Of a stretch of 64,000 bases of DNA, positions 1 to 10,463 are shown piece by piece. Under the pieces are notes generated by a model. It worked only from the letters and a program-made list of their open reading frames with translations. It did not search any database and had not been told where the DNA came from. Positions within the stretch are counted from its first letter, which is position 1. Each line of letters starts with the position of its first letter. The translations under genes and the position numbers were made by a program. The DNA is taken from NCBI GenBank assembly GCA_000002445.1, contig CM000207.1:2016001-2080000 (forward strand). Direction: 5' to 3'. This DNA comes from Trypanosoma brucei (taxonomy: Eukaryota).

Positions 1-99
1 GCCGATGACACTTCTGCAGAGCCGTTCTCACAAGAAGATGTGGACAGAGAAAATCTCACAAATCATGGACCTTTGGCAGCCTACTCGTCGAGTTCCGTA

Positions 100-1437
100 A
101 TGGAAGCGGCGAGCTTGCGGAACGAGTTAAAGGAGCATGTAAGCAGATGCCAGCTGATCGTACGGAATGTCGGCTCCCTCGTGCAGCAACGGGAGTCGTC
201 GACTGCGGCAATGGCCACACTGCCTTCCTTATGCAGTATATCCCCCCGAGAGGTAGTTCGCCTCAACGTTGGTGGTGAGATATTCACTGTGCCTCTGCAG
301 TTATTATTAAAAAAAGATGGAGGTGACACCTACTTCGATATGTTGTTTAGGTACGGCGCAGCTGGTGGTGAGGACAGCCCTTACCCGACTAGCTTCCAAC
401 CTCCCTTGTTGGATGATACTGGGGCGCTCTTCATTGACAGAGACCCAGGTACATTCCGGTTTATCCTTAACTATCTTCGAGGATCCCGCATGCTTAGCAT
501 GCTGAGTGAGGATCGGCTCTCCATGTTGAAGACCGACGCACAGTATTTCCAGCTGCACGGTCTCATAAAGGAACTAAGTGATGAGTCAAAGGAAACGGGC
601 ATTAAGTTCAATCCTGGTCCCGGTGTGAACCTGGAGCGGAACAAGTTTCGCGTTGTATACAGCATCGCAACAATTGGAGAAAATTTCCTCATTACAGGAT
701 GCCATCGTATAACATTCGAAATACTGAATAGTGAGTATGTAGGAATCGGACTGATATCCGACATGTGTGTTATGTCGGATCAAGAGTTTCACAAAACATT
801 GCACTGCTGTGTTTACTACATGACGGGTGTGTTCTACTCCAACTTCCCGCATCACCGAAAAGAGGATAGACTCGAGGCGCTGGATAAGGGTGATTTTGTC
901 TCTCTCATGGTAGATATGAACAAACGCGTCGCCGAGTACACGCTGAAAGGTTCAGTAAAAACGATACCTCTCGGCAACGCGCGTAAGTTGCGCTTCGCTG
1001 TGGTTATGAAAATGAACTCGCGGATTCGTATTGTTCCCGAGGAGGAGGCCAGGAAGTTGCCACTTTTCCGCCGTAGGTTATATTCAAGTGATGTTGACTC
1101 TGTGGATAATGCGCTTTCTTTGGCGGATGAACGAGACGGATTCACGCAACTTTCACAGAACAGTGGTGCAGGGGCTGTAGAACTCCCGACGGCGATGACG
1201 CTTTTCTCACAGCTACAACAACAGCAACATCAACGTCAGTTACCACCCCCGCAAGGGGCAGTGCAAGACTCCGGTGATCCTAATGCAGTTGATCCTTCAC
1301 TACCGTTTCTAGATGACGGCAATGGCGGAACCGTGCGGCCGCTCACACTTGATTTCACAGCGGAAGATATCTTTCCCGTTGACGTTGATGAAACGGAAGC
1401 GTTTCACCACCGCAGCGCACCGCAAGAAGGCGAATGA
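100..1437 (+). CDS. BTB/POZ domain protein of the K+ channel tetramerisation (T1/KCTD) type
   Basis: The ORF 40..1437 carries the motif VVRLNVGGEIFTVPLQLL...DTYFDMLF...LFIDRDPGTFRFILNYLRG, which is a typical T1/BTB domain. The ORF-track start at 40 is GTG and the first in-frame ATG is at 100. The frame is open back to base 1, so the gene may begin upstream of the window. There is a Q-rich stretch near the C-terminus. Confidence 0.7.
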   Translation: MEAASLRNELKEHVSRCQLIVRNVGSLVQQRESSTAAMATLPSLCSISPREVVRLNVGGEIFTVPLQLLLKKDGGDTYFDMLFRYGAAGGEDSPYPTSFQPPLLDDTGALFIDRDPGTFRFILNYLRGSRMLSMLSEDRLSMLKTDAQYFQLHGLIKELSDESKETGIKFNPGPGVNLERNKFRVVYSIATIGENFLITGCHRITFEILNSEYVGIGLISDMCVMSDQEFHKTLHCCVYYMTGVFYSNFPHHRKEDRLEALDKGDFVSLMVDMNKRVAEYTLKGSVKTIPLGNARKLRFAVVMKMNSRIRIVPEEEARKLPLFRRRLYSSDVDSVDNALSLADERDGFTQLSQNSGAGAVELPTAMTLFSQLQQQQHQRQLPPPQGAVQDSGDPNAVDPSLPFLDDGNGGTVRPLTLDFTAEDIFPVDVDETEAFHHRSAPQEGE

Positions 1438-1902
1438 GCGCTTGCGGTCAGCAGGCAAAGGAAAAAAAAGCAATGAAAAAGGGTAAGTTGCGACCAGCGT
1501 CACAATGATTTTATGTTTATTTTTGCTGTTAGTGTCTGTGTATGTGTCAACCTTCAAAACGGGACGGTTGAGTTGCGTATGGTGCTCAATCACTCTGCTG
1601 TTTAGTGTGTTGCTCCTTTTCCAATGTGTTCAAAACCAGTCTCCCGTCAGTCACCACTCAGACAGGTCTGAAAATAATACGGACAGAAGGAAAAGTGAAT
1701 AAAAGTGGGGGAAAACGGCGGCGGCGGAACGAACAAAAAGGGATGAGGGAGAAAGTGAGGATAATTGATCGTATTCAGTTATTTTTCGAAATAGGCTTTG
1801 CAACATTTTCATTTATAGCTCGCGCACAAAGAAAAGCGAGGTATTGAAAAGAAGTTTGAAGCAGTTTTTTTTTAAAAAAAGATCATCTCATCCTTTGCAT
1901 GC

Positions 1903-1905
<3 letters not shown>

Positions 1906-1936
<31 letters not shown>
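1906..1936. repeat. (TA)n microsatellite, about 15 units
   Basis: A direct tatatatata... run. Confidence 0.95.
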
Positions 1937-1938
<2 letters not shown>

Positions 1939-2280
1939 TTTCTCCTCTCAATATTTATTTATATATGAAAACACATCATTATACTTTTGTGCGTTGTATT
2001 TCATGTTATTATAAAACTTCTGGTGTCAGTATTGGGCAACTTCGTCTTCTTTTCACATTCTCTTGGTTTCGTTTTAATTGTTTTATTTGTGCTTTGGGTG
2101 TAGAAGGGAAAGCTTACACTTCGCAAACAATTTTTCAAAGAGAAAGGAAAAAAAGAAAGCACAGCAAAAAAAAAAAAAAGAAGCATCTGTAGTTTGCAGT
2201 TTCATAAAAGAAAAAAAAAGGTAGCAGAGTTAATATACGAATATATCTTTATATATTCCGTTTCCCATTTTTATACCTTG

Positions 2281-2315
2281 TGTTTTTTTTTCCTTGCTGT
2301 TGGTATTGAATAGCC
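2281..2315 (+). promoter_or_regulatory. Polypyrimidine tract plus AG, candidate trans-splice acceptor for HSBP1
   Basis: The sequence tgtttttttttccttgctgttgg is followed by atAGcc immediately 5' of the ATG at 2316. This is the canonical kinetoplastid spliced-leader addition signal. Assignment is from sequence only. Confidence 0.45.
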
Positions 2316-2564
2316 ATGGACTACGAAGAACCAGGACAGGCCACACGAGAACTCACTACGTTTGTGCAGGGTCTCCTTCAAAACATGCAGACTCGCTTCC
2401 AAGAAATGTCGGATACGATTATCACTCGTATTGACGAAATGGGCACCCGTATCGATGACTTGGAAAAGAACATTGCGGAGCTCATGCAACAGGCGGGTCC
2501 TGATGAGGAAGCGGCTCAAACAGCTTCGGCCCCTAAAGATAAGAAAAAGAGTAAGGGGAAATAA
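2316..2564 (+). CDS. HSBP1: Heat shock factor binding protein 1 (HSBP1-like coiled-coil protein)
   Basis: The 82-aa product contains [42 protein letters not shown]. This is near-collinear with metazoan HSBP1 ([38 protein letters not shown]). A polypyrimidine tract with AG lies directly upstream. Confidence 0.85.
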   Translation: MDYEEPGQATRELTTFVQGLLQNMQTRFQEMSDTIITRIDEMGTRIDDLEKNIAELMQQAGPDEEAAQTASAPKDKKKSKGK

Positions 2565-2716
2565 AATAATATTATGGCCATATGTTTTAGACACAACGAT
2601 GCTCATTCCTTCTCTTTCTTCTCTTTCCCAGTTTCCATTTTAACATCCACACACTTCATTTTGATGTACGACTTCGCCGTATTTGTTAATTTACTGACTC
2701 TTTGCTCTGTTTTGGA

Positions 2717-2738
2717 TTTTTTTTTTCCCCCCCCCCCC
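2717..2738. repeat. T10-C12 homopolymer junction
   Basis: ttttttttttcccccccccccc, in the HSBP1 3' region. Confidence 0.9.
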
Positions 2739-3830
2739 TCCTTCTGTTCATCTCTTCTCGACTTCTGTGTCCACAATTTTGCCTTGTCCAAACGTTTGAA
2801 CGAATTTAATGTCCGAACCTGTGTGGCAAAGCAGTTGCGGCACGCACTGACGGAACAACAACAACAATAGCAGGAGCACACAAGCTACATTTGCACATGT
2901 ATTCACGTACGTGTAGGTGTAGGTGTGTTGAAGAGTGAAAGAGGTGGATGAAGTTAGGGGGAAATTAAATAAAGCGGAAGCAAAAAAAATAAAAATGAAC
3001 AAATGGATGGATGGATGGAAATAACTGGAACTTCCCGTGCAGTAAAGAAATGTCAACGGTAACAGAGAAAAAAAGGGGGGTATTTGAGAGGGGAAAGGGG
3101 AGGAAGAGCACACGCACATAAACGCTAAGATGCATATTTATTAATGTATACTCTTATGTATGTGTTTGTGTGTTTGTGTGTGCGTGTGTCATAAATATTA
3201 TATATAAATATTTGCTGCTTCTGTTTTGTTTTGCTTTTGTTTTCTGTTTCTTTGGGCTGTGGACGGGTCCTCTTTTTCTTTTTTTTTTGTGTGTGTGTGT
3301 TTATTTGCCTGCGTGATTGATTGTATCCTTTTGTTGCTTTCTCCTTCCTCAGATTATGTGCTTGAGGTAAAGTACGGCAATTTGCTATTTAAAAAAAATG
3401 AAACAGAAACAAAGTTGGGAGGATAATTATATTTGTGTGTGTGAGTGTGCGTGTAAGAGGTTGTCTACATTTACTGAAGAGTGAAATATAAATTGAGAGA
3501 CAACTTCTTTTCTTTTCTTCTTTCGAAGTAAAAAGTTGATGGTAAAAGTTGATGAGAGGCAAAGAAAATATGAACACTTAGTAGAAAGCACACGAAAGGA
3601 AAAAGGAGGAAGAAAATATTTAAGGAAAGATAAAGGAAAGGGGGGAAAAGAGAGGAGCACCGTCTGAAGCGTCAAATATTTTTTTTCTTCGAAAGGAGGG
3701 ATAATTTTTCTTTTAATTGCTAAAAGAAAGTATTGCCAAAGGAAAAGGGTGGATGCGAACACGAAACTTTCGCCTGATTCGCCAAATTGAAGTCGTTCAT
3801 TTCTGTGGCTTATGCTGGCCTACTGCAAAA

Positions 3831-3890
3831 CTTCTCCATCTTTATTTCTTTTTTTTTCTTTTCGTTCTCTCGGTACCTGAATAACGTTAG
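3831..3890 (+). promoter_or_regulatory. Polypyrimidine tract plus AG upstream of the ankyrin-repeat gene
   Basis: A tttatttctttttttttcttttcgttctctc tract is followed by AG about 50 nt before the ATG at 3938. Confidence 0.4.
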
Positions 3891-3937
3891 ATGCAGGAAG
3901 TTCACTAGCCACTGGATTTCGCCACATATTAATTCTC

Positions 3938-4486
3938 TTGCATCATATGACAACAGGTGGAAAGCAAGAAACCATTTACGACGCGTGCCGAAACGGTAAT
4001 GAGGCGCGAGTGGAGGAATATGTGCGGCACGGTGGCTCCGTAGTCGAATACGACAAATTCCGGATGACACTCCTGCACCACGCGGCATACTCGGGTAATA
4101 TTCGAGTTGTTGATTTCATTCTTTCCGCTCAATGTTCTGGACAACAGCAACAACAGCGTATTGACCTGGATGCAGCGGACGCAGATGGGTGGACTCCGTT
4201 ACACTATGCGGCCGATCGAGGGTTTGTGTCCATTACCGCAAGGCTACTGGAAGAAGGAGCAAATGTGAATGCGAAAGATGGAATGAAGCGCACGCCGCTT
4301 CACCTCGCAGCGACCAGCGGTCGCGTGGATGTTGTGAAATTGCTGCTGAGCAGCGGAGCAATGCGGGGAGTGAAAAATGTGGTTGGACTAACAGCGTTGG
4401 AGTGCGCCAAGGCTAATGACCAAGTTGATACAGTGAGTGTCCTTGAGCACTGTTTCACCAAGCGACAGCATGCAGAGGTGTGTTAA
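3938..4486 (+). CDS. Ankyrin-repeat protein
   Basis: There are tandem ANK repeats: TLLHHAAYSGNIRVVDFIL, WTPLHYAADRGFVSITARLLEEGANVNAKD and RTPLHLAATSGRVDVVKLLLSSGA. Confidence 0.8.
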   Translation: MHHMTTGGKQETIYDACRNGNEARVEEYVRHGGSVVEYDKFRMTLLHHAAYSGNIRVVDFILSAQCSGQQQQQRIDLDAADADGWTPLHYAADRGFVSITARLLEEGANVNAKDGMKRTPLHLAATSGRVDVVKLLLSSGAMRGVKNVVGLTALECAKANDQVDTVSVLEHCFTKRQHAEVC

Positions 4487-4859
4487 GTGTAAAATAAGTA
4501 AAAAAAAGGAAAGGGAAGGGTAAAATTACAGGGAAGAGAAATGGTGAGCGCCCTTTCGATTTGTTGTTTGTTTGTTTTTATACAGAGCGCACTGCATCCC
4601 CCCCCCTTGTTGTTTGGCTCGTATATGTTTTTTTCGGAATTTGGATTGTGTGCCAGTTAGAGTGCATGGATTGCCTTGTCACCGGTACCTTCACAGTACC
4701 CCCCCCCCTTTCTTCATAATGTCTTGCTCCGGTTCCCTGCTGTTTCACTTGGGCAAAAGGGATAGGGAAATTTTTTCTTCGATAGGGAGGAAACAGTAAA
4801 GCGTTTTGCCTTCTTAAAGACAAGGCTTTCACTTACCTGTAAGTTTTCCCCCGTAAAGC

Positions 4860-6179
4860 ATGGAGAATTCGTGTCCAGGGGAGGCGAGAACGCCACCACG
4901 AAATTCTAACGATGGCGGGGGAGGGGTTGAGGCAATTCTCACCATGCAAACCATGTCACCACTTGACAAAGTTCGTCAGTTCTTCGAGGAGCAGGAGGTT
5001 CAACTGCAAACTACAGCGGGTGATGAGCAAACCAATACTAACCCTCTGTTGGATGATGTGTTAGACACTGAGCCAATACGGGGTGAGTTGTTCCTCTCTG
5101 ATGAAGTGGAGGCAGATGAGGTTACTGCCTCGCACGTTGATCCGCAACAGAAAAAAAGAAAGAGGCAGGGCACTGCCAGTGGAGAGAAGGGGCGAAAAGA
5201 GTCCAGAAAGGCACGGCGGGCAACTGCTTCCGACGACACTGTTCATAAGAGCAGCAAATACCGCGAAAAGGAGGATGCAAAGCCAATGGTTTTGTTCCGT
5301 CAGTCGCAAAAGGCCCTCCGTAAGGAAGCGAGGCATGTGAGTATGAAGGAGGTTCTCTGCCGTTCTTTGCCTGGTCTTAACGATGGGATAAACGAGCGAA
5401 GTAATTTATTTACTCCATCAGGCGTATCACAAGCGTCTTCCACATGGTCGTCAGCAGTGGCGGCAGACATAACCAACCGATTCCTCTCCAACGTCCAGCA
5501 AAAGAAAAAAGAAACCTTTGAGCGGTTGCTGCAACGCGAAATGACAAATTCACAACTGTCATTTTCTAGCGCGGGAGAAGGGGACGCGAGTTTGGGTGGA
5601 GTGATGGGGGAACTTGTGATTGGTGACGAATCAGCCGTCATGACGCCACCGGCTAGTGACTCCAACTTTCTCGCAGGGGAAGGAGCTCTGGTTGAGTTGA
5701 CGACAGAAACCGCACCCTCCCTTTCGTCCACGCAGGATCCATTCATGTCCTGCAATGGCATGTCCCAGGGGTTTGTAGAACTGGACGAAGAAACAGAGCA
5801 GGCGCAATCCGATGCTCTGGTGCGCAAGCACGAACTCTGGCGTTTGCGGCAGAGACACCTGCGGGCACAACGAAGCGGAGAGGAGAGCAATCCCCAGGTG
5901 AAGTTGGAAAAGGATGATCACCAGCACAAATCTCTGTCATCGACTTTCACCGGTACCACGCTGTCGACACTCTCCACGGGAGCATTACAAGGCGTTGCAA
6001 CGCATGACGCTGACGGGGCTATCGATACCGTGCTGACGCACCGTAGTGCTCTGAAGCGGACCATCAGCGCAACACTTGAGCTATCCACTGATCACATCGA
6101 CATGATACGCCGCGCAAACTCTTTCGACAACATATCTTGCCAGCGGATTGTGGTTTTCGAAGCAAAGAAGGGGAAATAA
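4860..6179 (+). CDS. Hypothetical protein, Ser/Thr- and charge-rich
   Basis: The 439-aa ORF runs in the same direction as the array. No recognisable domain was found. It has a basic K/R stretch (QQKKRKRQG) and S/T-rich segments. Antisense ORFs over it look like shadows. Confidence 0.55.
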   Translation: MENSCPGEARTPPRNSNDGGGGVEAILTMQTMSPLDKVRQFFEEQEVQLQTTAGDEQTNTNPLLDDVLDTEPIRGELFLSDEVEADEVTASHVDPQQKKRKRQGTASGEKGRKESRKARRATASDDTVHKSSKYREKEDAKPMVLFRQSQKALRKEARHVSMKEVLCRSLPGLNDGINERSNLFTPSGVSQASSTWSSAVAADITNRFLSNVQQKKKETFERLLQREMTNSQLSFSSAGEGDASLGGVMGELVIGDESAVMTPPASDSNFLAGEGALVELTTETAPSLSSTQDPFMSCNGMSQGFVELDEETEQAQSDALVRKHELWRLRQRHLRAQRSGEESNPQVKLEKDDHQHKSLSSTFTGTTLSTLSTGALQGVATHDADGAIDTVLTHRSALKRTISATLELSTDHIDMIRRANSFDNISCQRIVVFEAKKGK

Positions 6180-7064
6180 ACTATCGACCAGCGCCTCTAG
6201 TTTCATATGCAAATGCGCACGCGCGTGGATTGGAGTGTGTTTGCCCGCGTCACTCCACATTGGTGATTCCCCACATATAAAGGAGCACGTGTATGTGTGC
6301 CGTTGCTGTGGAGAATGTATAGAAGTTTCACTCTTTTATTTGCAATCGCTCCCATCGCCATGGTCAATTGCCATTTCACTCGTTTTCGTTTCGTTGGTAC
6401 TTGTGTAATATTCTTCGCGGCCGCACGAGAGATCAAATAGATTACGCTTTCTATAAACCTCATTACAGAGAGGGATGGGAACTAAGAGGGAGGAAATTGC
6501 CTGCACCCGCGCATTGTATGGGAAAGATACTCACTACATTTGTGTTTTCTTTGATTGTTTTTTTTTTCGAAACGTTTTCCGCTTTGGAAAATGTGCTCGG
6601 CAGGTAGATACACCAATTCACATATCATTTTAATTCGACCAAAATATGAGTCAACGGAGTATTAAAAGAATGCGTATATTTGTGGTGGCGCATGTAACCA
6701 TTTTTTTTCCGTTGATAGTGTGCAGTGTTAAAGGAAGGCGAAAATGAGTAAACACTTCGGCATTTCTGATATTTATTGTTTCTTAACAATTGATGTTGCA
6801 GAAGTGATAACGTGCTCTGGGTTTTACCACGGCACGGCACGCTATCTTCCTCATTAGGACACCAACCATGCAGCTCACCCCTTTGTGTACCGTACTTACT
6901 AGTATGAGACAATACTTTTGTCAGTATATATACTGATGAAGTGTTATGTGTGGACTGCCGGGTTTCCCCTAATGATTTCTTGCTTTTGCCTGTCTTTTAT
7001 AAATACGTGTGTATATACATCTCTTATTTATTTGTGTGACTACGCGTATTAGAAGTGAAGGGGA

Positions 7065-7811
7065 ATGACAGACTTGGACGCGACCAAAATTTCGATCATA
7101 TCGGTTAAGAAGGCAAACCCCAAATTGTTAGCGGAAGTTGGGGACGAAGCGAACGAGCTTCCCGTAACCGTGAAGGAAAAGCGAGCGCATGAAAAGCGAT
7201 GTAACTTCTGTTGCATGTCCATCGGATTACTCTTTTCAGCCTTTATGGTTGTCATGGTGGCGAGCATTGGCACTGGTATGGCTGTTTACACAGAGAAGCG
7301 CGCTCGCTACACCGTTAACGGAGTTATGCGTCAGGTCGGTTGGATTTCTCTGCCGGGCCTTCTCGTTGGCACCACCCTTCACTACTTCCTTTCTGAAGCG
7401 ATGTGGAGCGGGCGACGGAATAGTTGGGGTCAGGCGTGGATGAAGGCCTTTGCCACAAACACTGCCATTTGGTCGGTCGCCATTGGCACAGGGACTTTAC
7501 TGTGGCGCAAAGGTTTACTCATAAACGCCGCCGGCCGGCGGTTGTATTATCGTTATCCAATTCCTTCTGACCCACTGGAGTATCGCTTGGTGCGCAGTGA
7601 AGCGCAGTTTTTTACTGGTATGGGATGGTCCTATTGGTTGAGTGGTGTGGTGAGCGGACAAGTTGGACTCGTAAGTTGTGTGGGATTTTGTGTCTGGAAC
7701 GATCGGCCATACTTTATGATGAACCCGCATGGAGGGTACGCTCGGAGGTGCATGCCCAACTGGCGCAGGGAACAACTTGCTCGCCAGGCAAATGTCTCAC
7801 TTTCAGAGTAA
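7065..7811 (+). CDS. Hypothetical tetraspanning membrane protein
   Basis: The 248-aa ORF has four hydrophobic helices: LLFSAFMVVMVASIGTGMAV, ISLPGLLVGTTLHYF, AIWSVAIGTGTLLW and WLSGVVSGQVGLVSCVGFCVW. No family was assigned. Confidence 0.5.
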   Translation: MTDLDATKISIISVKKANPKLLAEVGDEANELPVTVKEKRAHEKRCNFCCMSIGLLFSAFMVVMVASIGTGMAVYTEKRARYTVNGVMRQVGWISLPGLLVGTTLHYFLSEAMWSGRRNSWGQAWMKAFATNTAIWSVAIGTGTLLWRKGLLINAAGRRLYYRYPIPSDPLEYRLVRSEAQFFTGMGWSYWLSGVVSGQVGLVSCVGFCVWNDRPYFMMNPHGGYARRCMPNWRREQLARQANVSLSE

Positions 7812-8184
7812 TTAAAGTAATGGAGTACGCATAGTGTCGTCTATCGTGTAGTGAAGGAAAACGTCGCTTAAGCGTGCTATTGTCATTATTATTGTTATAC
7901 CTTTCCTGTCACATCCGGTCCCGTGTATATTCCCTGAATTTACAGTCACTTTGTCACACGCATAAAAAGTGGTTAACTACCTTGTCATTATTCACGATGA
8001 ACCATATATTGTTATTCCCTCTAACACTCTGAGTTTGACCGTGTCATTCCACGCCCTCTTTCAGCGCGTGGTTTATCATTGCACATGTTTCTCTTGTTTT
8101 GCAGGACCTTTTATTACTTAAGGTTTCTGAGGACCAACGATCAATAGTATGAACCAGAAGCGAAAACAATAGTGCTTAGCGATC

Positions 8185-10005
8185 ATGACGAAAGATAAAG
8201 TTAACTTTAGGTACTCAATGAAATACGCACAGGGTGCAGCTGCAGTGGAAGATAACATCGGCATAACTGAGTTACGATCGCCAACTGGCCGTTGCAGTGA
8301 TATGAATGAGGAGCGAAACTCACGCCTTACAGGACTGATGAAGTGGTCCTTGGATGATTACGTTGTTAAGGAAATGTGGCCAAGTGAAGCGTTTGCTTCT
8401 CCAAGCACCAAAGACTTGCAAAATGTGAGAGGTCCGGCCGCCTTCGCACTAAAAATTGTTGCTGAAGGAATACCAGACGAAACAATTGCCAAGCTCATCG
8501 AAAGAAAGTGTCCACCCAGAACATCAGTGAGGTTCACCACCCCCCTGGATTTCTGTAGCTCCCAGGAGCGTATTGCATTGGTATGTAGCCACACACACGC
8601 AAGCAAGCGTAACTTCCAGTGCCAGCAGGTGGCGCACGTTAGTGAGGGTGTTGTTTGCATTGGTGGAGCAGTTGACATTTCCTTGCATTTGCATGACATA
8701 AGTTCCTTGCCTCTGTGCATCCTCCCTGATGTTTCGTATTCAGTTGTATTCAGAGGTTTGAGAGGATCTCTTGCTGACATCCTTCCCCGTCTCGAAGCCC
8801 TCAGAAGCAATGGTTTTATTAATTACACCCACTTAGCACGGCACGGCGTTGGCCTCTTTCGGGCCTTTGAGAGCGGCAGGCAGCTTCTTCATAGGGAATA
8901 CGCGGAGTTTCTTCGTGGGTATGTGCTTAGCCTCACGGAGCGTTCACCAGCAGTTCATAAGGAACTACCACCATTTCTCGAAGCCATAGTGGACCCAAAG
9001 TTGAAGTGCAGCGATTGGGCGGGGGTGCGCAAAGGTTTGGAGTACGCGTTGAAGAGAGATGAGCCGTTGATTAACCTTCCTCAAACTGGGCTTTACTACC
9101 CACATCACACGCTTCTGCGAGACCTCGTCGAACGCGCAGCAGATCTCCTACCAAAGGAGCATGACTCCGCCCAAGTTATCCGCAATGCTGTACCACGGCT
9201 AATCATTCAGGAGAAACTCAGAAGCGTTGCAGACGTTCACTTTAATGCATTGGCTTCACTTCGGTGGAAAATGTACGGCGACAGAGTTGTACCAGGAGAC
9301 TTAGTTTTACGCCGCGGTGACAGCGGACACGCGACAGAGCCACTAGACGTGTTTGATGCCCCCGCGGACCATATAAACGGGGGCATGACGTCAGTAAGTC
9401 ACACGGAGTGGCTTTCTGCTGCCGGAGAGAAACACTTGGATGGCTTGTTAGAGCGGGTTCATTTGGTGAGCAGCGAGAAAGAGGCTCAGTCATTTACAAC
9501 AGATGATATTGTGCTCCCTGTACTGGGACGCTTTGCGGAGCGATTGATCTTACCCAACACAAAAATGAAAGATGCGTTTCAGCATATTGCACAGGAGTTA
9601 CAAGTAGAAGGATTACCACGGTTGCGTGCCGCTCCACCCGCAACCTATCGGTGGTTGATTGAGCGTCCAAAGAAGCTCGCTTACTGCATATTTGACGAAT
9701 CACGAGGTTGGTGTTGGGAAAGTGATAACAATGAACCGATTCGGTCGCAGTTGTATGAAGACCGGGAGGGAGTGCTGCGGCAACCCTCGCCGCTGATGGC
9801 TGTCACGGGGAAGAATATGGTAGCACGACGGGGAATACGCGGCACAGAACAGCGCCACCACTATCTGAAACCGGCGAGACGCGGTGGCATGACGTGCGTG
9901 GTGCGTATGACACTACCTAGGGGGACGGCTATCACCTCCGCCCTGCGGGAAGTGGTTCAGGTAGCTACACTCGATACGGGAGCGATATTCAGGCTTCTGA
10001 AGTAA
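8185..10005 (+). CDS. Hypothetical conserved protein, possibly a TruD/Pus7-like fold (weak)
   Basis: The 606-aa ORF includes the segment GFINYTHLARHGVGLFRAFESGRQLL, which loosely resembles the NYFGxQRFG motif of TruD/Pus7 pseudouridine synthases. An upstream IGGAVD sits where the catalytic GxKD box would be. No clean catalytic KD was seen, so the product call is tentative. Confidence 0.5.
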   Translation: MTKDKVNFRYSMKYAQGAAAVEDNIGITELRSPTGRCSDMNEERNSRLTGLMKWSLDDYVVKEMWPSEAFASPSTKDLQNVRGPAAFALKIVAEGIPDETIAKLIERKCPPRTSVRFTTPLDFCSSQERIALVCSHTHASKRNFQCQQVAHVSEGVVCIGGAVDISLHLHDISSLPLCILPDVSYSVVFRGLRGSLADILPRLEALRSNGFINYTHLARHGVGLFRAFESGRQLLHREYAEFLRGYVLSLTERSPAVHKELPPFLEAIVDPKLKCSDWAGVRKGLEYALKRDEPLINLPQTGLYYPHHTLLRDLVERAADLLPKEHDSAQVIRNAVPRLIIQEKLRSVADVHFNALASLRWKMYGDRVVPGDLVLRRGDSGHATEPLDVFDAPADHINGGMTSVSHTEWLSAAGEKHLDGLLERVHLVSSEKEAQSFTTDDIVLPVLGRFAERLILPNTKMKDAFQHIAQELQVEGLPRLRAAPPATYRWLIERPKKLAYCIFDESRGWCWESDNNEPIRSQLYEDREGVLRQPSPLMAVTGKNMVARRGIRGTEQRHHYLKPARRGGMTCVVRMTLPRGTAITSALREVVQVATLDTGAIFRLLK

Positions 10006-10463
10006 CCTCCCTTCCTCCCCTCCCCCCCTCAATCCCTCTACAGTGGCTGCTGCAACCTTTTCCCGTTTCTAACTGTATCATACAAAATATATCGCACCAC
10101 ACGAAGAGGCACTCCCTCTTCTCACAAAAAGGATGAGTGTCAGTAAAGTTCGTGTTCCTAACACTGAATTTCCTTCGCCAGTGGTCCTGCAACAGGGGAT
10201 TCAGCTGGTGGATTTTTGAATTTCAATTTTTTCTTTCGTTTTAAAACATGTCGGCGATTAAATATGCAATCTGTGTGAATTTGTGTGGGGTTTCTCTTAT
10301 TAATTCGATCACTCCGAACGTACTGACGTTCAAGGAGGTAGGCCTTGTGTGTGTATGCTATAGTGGTTCAGTACCCAGTTTCTTGCAATTCTTCACGTTT
10401 CTGCGTACAATGAACTAGTGTACAGGTGTATATTTAATATAGAGGTATCACCAACACAACCAA

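Noticed and set aside
5300-5890. Long antisense ORFs overlapping confident genes (5300..5890-, 11288..12028-, 25132..25779+, 53221..53973+, 27920..28435+)
   Set aside because: These are shadow ORFs on the strand opposite homology-supported genes, and they run against array polarity.
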